NCBI GenBank assembly: GCA_964016885.1
Contig: OZ024740.1
Span: forward strand, 69,068,001-69,132,000
Length of the DNA: 64,000 nucleotides
Source: Eledone cirrhosa
Taxonomy: Eukaryota
Reading direction: 5' to 3'
Position 1 is the first letter of the stretch. Every line of letters begins with the position of its first letter. Shown piece after piece: positions 53,287-64,000 of this stretch. Both the position numbers and the translations under genes were made by a program. The notes under the pieces are model-generated. The model searched no databases. It was given only the letters and a program-made list of their open reading frames with translations, and was not told the origin of the DNA.

Positions 53287-56200
53287 AGTTGCATTTATCT
53301 TGCTTTATGTTCATACGAGTTATCACCAAGTCACAACCAGTGACCTCAAGAGACAACAAGGTCCGCCATGTTCAAGAAAGAACATACATACTCACACATG
53401 CATCTTTAGTGTTTAGACTTGTGATGTACTTATATTGACAGAATCTTCCTTAGTATATGGCCAGTTCCCATTAGTATTATCTTTTGTATTTCTCCTATAC
53501 GCGGGTTTCCTGGGATTTGCGATAAGTAATCATTAGACACATTAGGTATCATTCCCAGAGCGCCTACAACCACTGGTATTGTTTTAGTTCTCAATTTCCA
53601 CATTTTTCCAATTTCTATTTCCAGGCCCTTATACTTGCTCAATTTTTCAAATGTTTTTATAGATACATTCTTGTCTATTGGAACAGCCATATCAATTAGC
53701 AGGCATACCCTCTTTTTAAAGTCCTTCAATATTATATCAGATCTATTTGCATCTATTTTTCGGTCTGTTTGGATGCTAAAGTTCCAGAAGATTGAGATGT
53801 GATCTTTTTCAAGTATAGGAGGTGGTTGATGCTCCCACCAATTCTTTTGATGGGGCAGGTCAAAATGCTTACACATTATCCAATGTATGTATTGTGCAGC
53901 TCTTTCATGCCTCTTTAGGTATTCGGTTGGAGCTATAGGACTGTACATTGAAATTATATGGTCAATGGTCTCTGGTTGTTTTTTGCATACACGGCATAAT
54001 GGGCTGTATCCATTTTTTATTATGTTGGCTTGGTAATTTTTTGTTGGCAGACACTGAACTTGTGCTGATATAATCAGTCCTTCAGTCTCCGATTTCAGTC
54101 CAGAGGATGCCAACCACTGATGGGTGAAGGTTTTGTCAACACCAGGATTGTTAGCTCGCTCTAGGTATTTTCCTTACAGAGGCTTTTCTTGCCATTTCTA
54201 AGCCAGTTTCTATAGCAGTTCTTTCTTCGCACTTACTTTTACTTGCTTTGCTTTTTCTGTGTTTTCCATTTGAGCCGTAAATGGGACTTCTGAAATGTGC
54301 AGTCCATTACTGTATCTTTGTGCATCTTTTGTAATGGAATATGATCTGTTTATGCTTTCGTGTTTCAAAACGAGTTTGATCATCCAATCATGTGATTCCC
54401 TTAGATATGTAGATAATCCAATTGTTGCAGTTTTCAACGCAATGTCTAACTGGATTAACCCACGTCCTCCTTCTTTCCTAGGGAGATATATTCTATCTAT
54501 ATCTGCCTTAGGGTGATGCATTCTGTGCATGGCTAAGAGTTTTCGAATTTTTGTATCGAGCCTACGGATCTCTGTGCTTGACCAGTTGATGACATTGTAA
54601 ATGTAGGTTACTACTGGTATGCAAGCGTGTTTATGGCATCGACCCTTGCATTCAATTCGGTTCTTAAGATTGCTCTTACTCTGCGGTAACATTCTTTCCT
54701 TATCCTTTCCCTCATTGTCGAGTGCTTGATTCCGTCTCCTTCACAAACACCTAGATATTTGTAAGTTTTTTCTTGATCAAGTTCTCTTATCACGTTCCCC
54801 CGATCAAGATTAATGTCTGAACTCTTCAGCAACTTTCCTCTGGTAAACGTTACTTTGGCGCATTTATCTAGTCCAAACTCCATTTTAATGTCATCACTGA
54901 ACTGCTCCACAGTGGATAATAGCCCTTGCAATTGTTCATAATTTTTTGCAAATAGTTTCAGGTCATCCATGTTGAACAACTGATTAATGGTTTTGTCATA
55001 GACTTTATATCCATGTTTTGTTTCATTGAGCATTTTACTTAATGGTATAAGTGCGATGCAGAATAAAAGCCGTTATAAAGAGTCACCCTAAAAAATTCCA
55101 CAATTAATATTAACTTCTCCAGCTTCCAGTGATTTTGTTTCACTATTCAAAAGGAGTGTCGTTTTCCATGTCTTCATACTGAATGACAAAACCTCCTGAC
55201 AACGGGGGATATTTTGAAAATCTCTAAACATTTTTCAATCCAACTGTGTGGCAAACTATCGAATGCTTTTGTATAATCTATCCAAGCAATCGATAGATTT
55301 TTTGTCTATTATGACAACCTTCCAGTATCATTTTGTTAACCAGAAGCTGATCCTTACAGCCATATGAGCCTCGTTTACACCTTTTCTGCTCAATGGGAAA
55401 TAGGTCATTTGTTATCAGGTGGTCATATGTGTATTCAGTTAGGACTGATGTTAACATTTTATACATTGTGGTCAAGCAAGTTATCGGTCTGTAATTTTTG
55501 GGATTGTTTGTCTCATCATTCTTCGGAAGCAGGAATGTAATGCCGTTAACTAGCCATGATGGTATCTTTTCTGGCTCGTTAACTATTTCAATGTAAAGTT
55601 GGGTTAACAGCTCATGAGACTCTGTGAAGCCATTTATCCAAAAGTTTTGTATTTTGTCTTTTCCTGGGGATTTCCATTTGCTGGTTTTTCTTAGAGCCAA
55701 GCGCAACTGTTCAACTGTTATATTTTCCCATATTTGTTCCTCAAGGTGAGCTGTATCTTTCATTTGTCTGTCTGTCCATGGGGCATGTATGTTATGAACT
55801 TTTTCTTCGGCCCAGATCTTTTCCCAGAATTCTTGCACTTCCTCCTTGGGTGGTATTGATTTAGCAGTTATTGTTGACTTACCAATTTTTCTGTAGAAGT
55901 TTCTTTGGTTGTTTTTGAACATATTATTGTCCTTATAGAATCTAGATAGTTTTTCAAAGCGCCTTATACGAGCAGCTTTGGCCGACACTTTTTGCTTGAT
56001 TATTTCTATCAGCATGTCTATGTCACTTGTTGATTTTATACTGTACTTATTTTTCAATTTTCTAAGTTTAGTTTGTTTAACATGTTTACCTACTTTATAG
56101 TTTGTTAAAATATCTATGTCAGATCGGAGAAGTTTTATTTGGCGATTGATGTTCTCTTGCCAAGTAGATTTCTTGTGGGAATTCCTTTGTTTTTTCATCT

Positions 56201-57197
56201 TCACTCCACATAAGTGAGTGGTGACTTTAGCCGATGCATAATAGAGATGATTTAAATCAGTAATGTTTAGTTTGTTTGTGATGATAATGTTTTTGAGAAT
56301 TATGTTAGTCTTGTGTATTATCTTTTGGTTCTGTTTGGAGTTCTGGATCTTAGGGAGGGTGTCTCGTTGTCCCATGTCAGATTCTTTCATTTTCATCCAT
56401 TCGATCATAATTTCATCCTTCAAGTTGGCAAGTTCATTCTCATTCCTTTCTTTATCATTTACGATCTCATTATTTTCATTTGGAGTTTCATCTTGAGCAT
56501 GTACACCCTCCACTTTTTCGATCCCTTCTTTAATTTGTTCTGTTGCCAGTGATTCCGCCCCAATCCTGGGATTCGACATGTTTCATTTTCCGTTTGCTGA
56601 CTTTGTGCTAATAGCTTGATCTAATCAATTTCTATATCAGTTAGTAACTTTTTTCTTACAATATTTCTTCGCATATTGGCTAGTTTGTTGCTGTCAATAT
56701 AGCCTCTGTTTTCGGGATGTTTCTTTTTCCAGTTGATATATGTCTGTTCTGTATTCGATGTATTTGATGGGTAGTACATGGCAGTGTAGAAAGCCTCAAC
56801 TTCTTTATTATCTTCCCTTGACCATTTTTCTCTCTTTTTCTTTGGATTTCTTGGTGGTGAGCATGGAGGGCCAACAGTAGGAGTATTCCGGTTATGGGGG
56901 GTCTCCAGCTCCGAAGTGATGGGAAGGTTTGAACCATTAGCTGATTTTTCGACCCCAGTCTGGTTCCTCTCTGAGGGACGCGGCCCTTTTTTACCCGGGT
57001 GACGACCAATCCGGTATGAGATTTTATCATTAGACATTTACTTTATTTTGTCGCGTTTTATCCTTATCCGCCAAGGGGTAATCATTTCGTGTTACCACTT
57101 CTAGAACGAGTGTCAACCAACACTAGAGGGGTCGTTCTCCCCTAGAGACACGGCTATTCCCCGCCGGCCGCCATCCCGGTATTTCTTGGTCACGGGG
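53286..57197 (-). mobile_element. Full-length but disrupted R4/Dong element (family B); ORF from ATG 57037 to 53430
   Basis: Fragments cover the N-terminus, WKSPGKD, YRPITCL, decayed F*GDSL and FNMDD, CCHC, REL; structured GC-rich 5' UTR; (AAT)n tail. Confidence 0.93.
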
Positions 57198-57339
57198 TTT
57201 TCTTTTTGTTGTTTTTTTTTTAAATTGTTATTATCATGAGTAGTTCCTTAATGTGAGCATTTCGTGGCTTAAGAATGAAATTATTAATAATTGTCTCCAC
57301 TCCAGGTACACTCTAGCATTTACCCAGTGCATTACAATA

Positions 57340-58183
57340 ATATAATATACTTTTTGCTGAAGTTGCCTGTTTGTGTTTATTGGCTATGTCGGTGGTGGTG
57401 CTGGGGATATTTATATTGTGTGGTGAGGAAGGGGTGAGCCAGCAGTGCCATAGTTGTTCATGTTGACGTTTGGCCGGTGGCCAGGTCACTAAGTCAATCT
57501 ATTTATATCTTTTGCTAGCCTCTCCCTTGTCTAGTGAAACCACCACATTCCACTTTCTCTCTCAAGTTAACAGGGGAATAGTGGTGGTAGCAATGAAGGA
57601 GTGGTGGCGGCGGTGATGGGATAGTGGTAGCAATGATGGATGGCGTGGTGGCGGCGGTGGCGTTGTCGTTACTGAGTTTTGTGATATGTAGTATCTATGA
57701 GTGTGTGTCGCGTATGTTTAATATATATTGTGTTGACATATTCCCGTATAATTGGAATTAAACATTTTGTTAAAACTTGAGACAATAATAATAGTAATTA
57801 TAATTATGATGCTGGGATTGGTGGTGGTGTTGGTGAAATTGCCATTATCTGGCTGTTATATTTAGTGTGATTGGGTAGGTGGTGTATCAAGTTTCTGGTG
57901 TTGGTGAAATTGCTGTTATTTTGCTGTTATAGTGTAGACACAGGGGGTTTTCTTCCATTTATAACCATTTTCTTTTTTGAATACAAAATATATAATACAA
58001 AATTGAATATTTGAGCGATATAACAATATAATATGGATCCGAAATTTTATGGGACTTGATTCGGTGGTTTATGCAACATTTGTACTAAGAATTGTTATTT
58101 CACAATTGATTTAAATATGTTAAAAATCAAAAACTTACGGGAGCGATTTCATGACTTTCTACCACCTCGTGGGTCTTCATCCC
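57340..58183 (-). mobile_element. 5' portion of an unidentified LINE-like element (5' UTR + low-complexity ORF1-like region)
   Basis: 57945-58183 is homologous to 62530-62786; begins directly at an (AAT)n run. Confidence 0.5.
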
Positions 58184-58199
58184 TTATTATTATTATTAC

Positions 58200-58254
<55 letters not shown>

Positions 58255-58264
58255 GTTATTGTTA

Positions 58265-61200
58265 TTCCTTGAATCTCAGTCATTGATGTTGGTTAACTGG
58301 AAAGTCCTGCAGCCTCAGATATTCAGGACGTATCGGAGGGTTCTTGCTGTTCCAAGCAAGCATGCCTTTTGAAACGTTCCAAAAAGCGTGAAGGGGCCGA
58401 TTTTCTTTAACCATCCCTGGAAACTTTTGGAGATAGTCCCCAGTGCGCCTATGACAATTGGGATCACTTTGACTTCATGGCAGTTCCAAATCCTTTTCAC
58501 CTCCCAATTTAGGTCCTGGTATCGGTTAATTTTCTCCCTCTCCTTCTCTTGCACTCTCGTGTCGAACGGGCAGGCCACATCCACAATCAGGCACGATCTT
58601 TTTTCTTTGTCCACAACCACCAGGTCAGGTCTATTGTGTTCCAGTTTTTTGTCCGTCTGTATCCTAAAATCCCACAGCACATTCACCTGATTGTACTCCA
58701 TCACGGCCTCTGGCCTATGCTCATACCATTTCTCAGAATGTGGTAGATTGTTTACTTTGCACAGGTGCCAGTGGATCACCCTGCCCATCACATCGTGTCT
58801 CCAGCCCTTATAGTGGGTCTGGGCTAGGTGTTTACACTCTGACACAATGTGAGCCACAGTCTCCTCTCTCTCTCCACAGATCCTGCACAGTGGGCTAGCC
58901 TCCTCCTTGTAGATATGGTGCTTCAACCACTTCGTTTTGAGGGCCTGCTCCTGCGCAGCCATTAGCATTCCTTCTGTAGCCTTTTTGAGGTCTCCTCTTC
59001 TCAACCAGTTCCATGTCTGTGGATCTCTAAATTCAGTTTTCTCAAAGAAGGTACTATGAAGGGATTTTCCCTTAAGGCTGCTCTTCCTCCTTGATGTTAT
59101 TTCCTCCCTGGACATCCCCTGGCCTACTGTCCCCTCCTTCAGTACAGTTCTGAGCATTGGCTCCTTACTATAGGTCACGTATTTGTATAGGTTGTTTTTC
59201 TCCATCTGAACACAGTCCTCTATGCTGATAAGACCTCTTCCACCCTCAGATCTCCTTAGGTAGAGTCTATCGACATCACTCCTCTTGTGGAACATGTTGT
59301 AGATAGTCAATAGCTTCCTAGTCTTCCTATCCATTTCTTTCTGTTCAGCAACATTCCATCTCAGAATTCCCGCACTGTACCTAATAATAGACACAGCTCG
59401 GGAATTTACTGCGCTTATGGCATTTCTGCTGTTCAGATGTGACTTCAATACGCTCCTTACTCTCCGAATGTATTCAGTTCTTAACAATTCCTTCATTTTT
59501 TTGTTCTTTATGCCATCAGCCTCCAGAACGCCCAAATACTTGTATCCTTCCTCAGAGTCAATTTCCTTTATCATCTCACCTGTTGGTATCTGGATCCCGT
59601 TACTTCTGCTCAACCTACCCCTCTTCATCACAATGACTCCACATTTACCAATACCAAACTGCATACATATATCACTGCTAAAAATACGGACAGTGTCAAC
59701 AAGCACATCCAACTCCTTCTCACTTTTCCCGAAGAGCTTAAGATCGTCCATGAAGAGGAGGTGATTGATGGTAAGCTCTCCCCTTCCCAACTTGTATCCT
59801 GCTCTCACTTTTCGCAGCATAATGGTCAAGGGCATCAGGGCAAGGACAAACAACAGAGGGGACAGGCTATCTCCCTGGAAGATACCTCTCTTGATCTTCA
59901 CGCTTCCCAAGGATACTCCAGTTGATGTCAACTCTGTCTCCCAGGACCCCATACTCCTGCCTAGCAACTGTCTGATGTTATCTGCCACCCTGAAGATCTC
60001 CAGGCTTTTGGTGATCCAGGAATGAGGCACCATGTCAAATGCCTTTCTGTAGTCTAACCATCCCATGGCAAGGTCAGTGTGTCTCCTCCTGCAATTCCCC
60101 ATTACCATCTTATCAATAAGCAACTGGTCCTTTGTACCACGTGACTTCTTTCGGCATCCTTTCTGTTCGTCCGGTAACAAGTTGTTTGTGTGGAGGTGAT
60201 GGTAGATTTCCTCAGACACAATGCTCGTCAACAGTTTCCACATTACGGGCAGACATGTGATAGGTCTATAGTTGGTAGCATCATTACCCTTGATTCGGTC
60301 TTTCATTATCAGAACTGTGGTACCTTTTGTCAACCACTCTGGCACCTCACCCGACACCAAGCAGTCATTGAACATGGCCGTCAGCTTCGGGTGGAGGGAT
60401 GTTAGATGTTTAATCCAATACCCCTGCACACCATCTGGGCCTGGTGATTTCCAGTTGGTTAGTTTTTTGGCTTGCCCCTTAAGAGTTTCAACTGCGATAC
60501 TCAAATCAGTCTGTTGCTGTGCCTGCTCACCGATCTCCCTCTGTACTGTCTCAATCCACCCTGCCTGGGCATTGTGTCTAACATCCTGCTCCCATATTCC
60601 TCTCCAGAATGTTTTAGTTTGTTCCGCCCCAGGGATCAAGTCGTTGCCTCTTTCTTTGCCCTCAATCTGTCCAAACAGCATCTTCTGGTTGTTGTCGAAC
60701 ATGCGGTTCTGTTTATACTGACTGACTCTGTTCTCGTATCGCCTGATTTTTGCACTCTTTGCTACAATGCGTTGCTTCAATTCCTCTATGATAATATTTA
60801 GCTTTTTACTCCTAGTTTTGTATTTTATTTCCAGTCTATTTTTAGTGCCTATGTTTTTTAGTGTCCCATTCAGTAGTGACTCAAGCTTTCCTATGTCATT
60901 TCTCATTTCCCCGATTTGCCCACTCAGTCGCTTCTTCCACCACGGCTCTGCTCTTTCTTGTCTGTTGTTTCCTCTCGCTTTTATACCAAGTAGTTTCCTC
61001 ACCGTATTTGCTGTTGCTCTGAGGATATTGTTGCACTGGTGAAGGCTCCTCGCCTCAAGGTATGGTATGACTTTGTTTACCTTAGCTGTTGTTTCTTTTA
61101 ACTTTTTCCTGTCTACAAATCTTAGGTTCATAGGTCTCCCACTATCATTGTTCAATTCATCTACCACTAAATTTAGGATGTCAACCGAATCTTGTCCTAG

Positions 61201-61860
61201 CCCGTCAGCATTCATCTCCTCAGTGGCCGTATCTCTGTTCCAGGTATTATTTATCTCAGTACTCAGATCATTGTCTGCTTCGGGTGGTTCCTCCGTTCTC
61301 AGGACCTCCTCACCTTCATTTCCCACCGGCTCGCTTGTCTGGCATACTACACCCGCCATCTCCAAGCCATTCTCTCTGCTCAGTTCCTCCAGTTCCAGCT
61401 CGCTTATCCACCCATTAGTTATTATTACCCGAGCCTGCCCGGCCAATTTTTGTTCATCTAATTTAAATAAACCAATCTCGTTCCAGATGTTATGCATCCG
61501 TCTCCTGTAGCCCCTCTCCTTGGGGTTACTTTTCAGGTAGCATTGCATAACAGTTCTATTCAATTCTTTCGTCCAGTTGGTTCTGGCCCCTTTCCTTCTT
61601 CTCCTTCCTCCAACATCAGCAGTATTTGGTTGACAGTCAGGTTCCTGCTGCTGAGCCAGGGGGCACCTGTTGGGTGAGAGTCTGTCACATGACGTTCTAG
61701 TCTCCATTTCACCGTTATTCGAACTGTTTATGTTCGATATTTAAACACTCTTATCGAGGATTGGCGAATGTATGTTTACATAGCCATCTGTGGATCCGCC
61801 ATCCCACTTGGCCCTTGTGTGGCATTATCACCACGCTGTATACGAACACACATAAACAAA
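58265..61860 (-). mobile_element. Full-length R4/Dong-clade non-LTR retrotransposon (family A)
   Basis: Single intact ORF, short 3' UTR, (AAT)n tail; 5' boundary approximate. Confidence 0.95.
58315..61707 (-). CDS. Intact 1130-aa RT + CCHC + restriction-like (PD-D/ExK) endonuclease protein of an R4/Dong element
   Basis: [87 protein letters not shown]. Confidence 0.96.
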   Translation of the reverse strand: METRTSCDRLSPNRCPLAQQQEPDCQPNTADVGGRRRRKGARTNWTKELNRTVMQCYLKSNPKERGYRRRMHNIWNEIGLFKLDEQKLAGQARVIITNGWISELELEELSRENGLEMAGVVCQTSEPVGNEGEEVLRTEEPPEADNDLSTEINNTWNRDTATEEMNADGLGQDSVDILNLVVDELNNDSGRPMNLRFVDRKKLKETTAKVNKVIPYLEARSLHQCNNILRATANTVRKLLGIKARGNNRQERAEPWWKKRLSGQIGEMRNDIGKLESLLNGTLKNIGTKNRLEIKYKTRSKKLNIIIEELKQRIVAKSAKIRRYENRVSQYKQNRMFDNNQKMLFGQIEGKERGNDLIPGAEQTKTFWRGIWEQDVRHNAQAGWIETVQREIGEQAQQQTDLSIAVETLKGQAKKLTNWKSPGPDGVQGYWIKHLTSLHPKLTAMFNDCLVSGEVPEWLTKGTTVLIMKDRIKGNDATNYRPITCLPVMWKLLTSIVSEEIYHHLHTNNLLPDEQKGCRKKSRGTKDQLLIDKMVMGNCRRRHTDLAMGWLDYRKAFDMVPHSWITKSLEIFRVADNIRQLLGRSMGSWETELTSTGVSLGSVKIKRGIFQGDSLSPLLFVLALMPLTIMLRKVRAGYKLGRGELTINHLLFMDDLKLFGKSEKELDVLVDTVRIFSSDICMQFGIGKCGVIVMKRGRLSRSNGIQIPTGEMIKEIDSEEGYKYLGVLEADGIKNKKMKELLRTEYIRRVRSVLKSHLNSRNAISAVNSRAVSIIRYSAGILRWNVAEQKEMDRKTRKLLTIYNMFHKRSDVDRLYLRRSEGGRGLISIEDCVQMEKNNLYKYVTYSKEPMLRTVLKEGTVGQGMSREEITSRRKSSLKGKSLHSTFFEKTEFRDPQTWNWLRRGDLKKATEGMLMAAQEQALKTKWLKHHIYKEEASPLCRICGEREETVAHIVSECKHLAQTHYKGWRHDVMGRVIHWHLCKVNNLPHSEKWYEHRPEAVMEYNQVNVLWDFRIQTDKKLEHNRPDLVVVDKEKRSCLIVDVACPFDTRVQEKEREKINRYQDLNWEVKRIWNCHEVKVIPIVIGALGTISKSFQGWLKKIGPFTLFGTFQKACLLGTARTLRYVLNI

Positions 61861-61899
61861 CAAACACACAGGCAGAAAGGGCCCCAAAAATGAATAAGC

Positions 61900-62786
61900 A
61901 TAAGTTTCATTGTAATGTAGTGTTCGAATGTCTGACTTAGTTTTAGTTTTTTAAGTTTTACTTTTTCCCCCCTCTTCTCTGTCCGTCCGCCTGCTTCTCT
62001 CTTCATTCTTATTTTCTTTACGTTTTTGGGGTTTCTTTTTTTGTTTTTGTTTTTCTCTGTTTGTTTTTCTCGTTTTTTGCTGTCGTTGCTGTGCTGATTT
62101 GGTTTTGTTGTTTGTTTTTTCTTTTTTCTTTTGGGTCTATCTATATATTTTGATGCCTTCCTCTTTGTTAGTAGTAGGAATTCTATAATGTGGAAGTAGC
62201 AGCCAGCAGGGGGAAGTGGGAGACTGGCGGCGTTAGCGATACTGATACAGTGGTGGTGGTGATGTCGATACCGAGGCAGTGGTGGCGGTGATGTGACAGT
62301 ATTACTGTAGTGATCGTGCTGTAGCGGAGTCAAGGGGTGGTGGCGGCGGTGATGGGATAGTGGTGGTAATGATGGCCGTAGTGAGCGGTGGCGGTGAAGG
62401 TGAAAATGTGTCGTTATCTGGCTGTTGTGTTTAGTGTACACAGATGATGGGGTGGGTGGTGTATCTAGTTTCTGGTGTTGGTGAGTTTAGCTGTCCTATA
62501 TAGTGTAGCCAGAGGAGAGGAGGGGAGGGGTTCTTCTTCCATTTATAGCCATTTTTTTTTTTTTTTTTTTTCGGGGATATACAGTGCACAATACAAAGTT
62601 GAATATTTGAATATTTGAGCCTTATAACAATATATTTTGGGTCCGAATTTTTTGGGGCTCAAGCCGGGTGCTTTACGTAGCATTTGTACTAAGAGTTGTT
62701 ATTTCACAAATGGTTTAAATATGTTAAAAATTCAAAACTTACGGGAGCGATTTCATGACCTCCGTCACCTCGTGCGTCTTCTTCCC
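61900..62786 (-). mobile_element. 5' portion of the same unidentified LINE-like element as 57340-58183
   Basis: Shared ~250-bp 5' block; ATG GCT ATA AAT GGA AGA start; Pro/Thr/His-rich then Lys-rich tract like the ORF1 tail at 1803-2276. Confidence 0.5.
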
Positions 62787-62787
62787 T

Positions 62788-62837
<50 letters not shown>

Positions 62838-62840
62838 TTT

Positions 62841-63247
62841 CTTTGTGTCTCAGTCATTGATGTTAGTTAACTGGAAAGTTTGTTGAAATGAATATCAAGC
62901 CATTACCTGCAGCCTCAGATATTCAGGACATATCGGAGGGTTCTTGCTGTTCCCAGCAAGCATGCCTTTTGAAGTGTTCCAAAAAGCGGGGCGGGGCCAA
63001 TTTTCTTTAACCACCCCTGGAAACTTGTTGAGATAGTATCTAGTGCGCCTATGACAATCGGGACCACTTTGACTTCATGGCAGTTCCAAATCCTTTTTAC
63101 CTCCCACTTTAAGACCTGGTATCGGTTAATTTTCTCCCTCTCATTCTCTTGCACTCTCGTGTCGAATGGGCAGGCCACATACACAATCAGGCACTATCTT
63201 TTTTCCTTGCCCAAAACCACCAGCTCAGGTCTATTGTGTTCCAGTTT
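62841..63247 (-). mobile_element. Short 5'-truncated R4/Dong copy (family A variant)
   Basis: VACPFDTRVQE..GTARTLRYVLNI; 3' UTR shares variants with the 32839-33286 copy; (AAT)n on both sides. Confidence 0.93.
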
Positions 63248-63409
63248 ATTATTATTATTATTATCATTATTATTATTATTTTAGGTATTGATATTGGTGA
63301 TAATGTATAAAAGCTTTTATTGAGAGAATAATGGCTGCTGAGAAAGAAAATATTTCATTATAACATGAATCGTTACATTTATGAATTGTTAATAATCTTC
63401 TGCATGGTA

Positions 63410-63900
<491 letters not shown>

Positions 63901-64000
63901 ATATATATGTGTGTGTGTGTGCGCGTGTGTGTGTGTGTGTATGTTTGAGTGAATGCAGGTAGTTAGGTATGGATGTATAATATCATGTAGGCGTTGCATG

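Noticed and set aside
51758-53359. 533-aa ORF with a poly-Asn N-terminal region as a novel gene
   Set aside because: Chance in-frame fusion of the upstream copy's 3' UTR, (AAT)n and a truncated Dong ORF; lacks the RT catalytic core
61780-61850. Twister or HDV-like ribozyme in the Dong 5' UTR
   Set aside because: Nested stems are present but the required pseudoknots and conserved loop sequences could not be fitted

Overview
Eukaryotic, AT-rich, microsatellite-dense DNA. The tRNA-derived SINE family and the extreme (TA)n/(CA)n/(AAT)n content point to an octopus (cephalopod) genome; this is an inference. No confident host gene was found, and most listed ORFs are microsatellite or antisense artefacts. 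The window is a mosaic of retroelements. (1) Several Penelope-like elements (PLEs; RT + C-terminal GIY-YIG) inserted in (TA)n, with typical inverted or partial-tandem pseudo-LTRs. (2) About ten type I 'minimal' hammerhead ribozyme (HHR) motifs from at least five sequence families, read by eye. These include a 3.5-unit array of apparently identical, highly structured, non-coding 310-bp repeats each carrying an HHR (a retrozyme-like locus, 12832-13914), and a 217-bp-arm palindrome with back-to-back HHRs immediately upstream of it. (3) Two (AAT)n clusters of head-to-tail R4/Dong-clade elements (RT + restriction-like endonuclease), one with a fully intact 1130-aa ORF (58315-61707, minus). They are interleaved with L1/Tx1-like pieces. 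(4) SINEs, RTE, CR1, mariner and Helitron remnants. All structures and alignments were made by eye; boundaries of degenerate elements are approximate.
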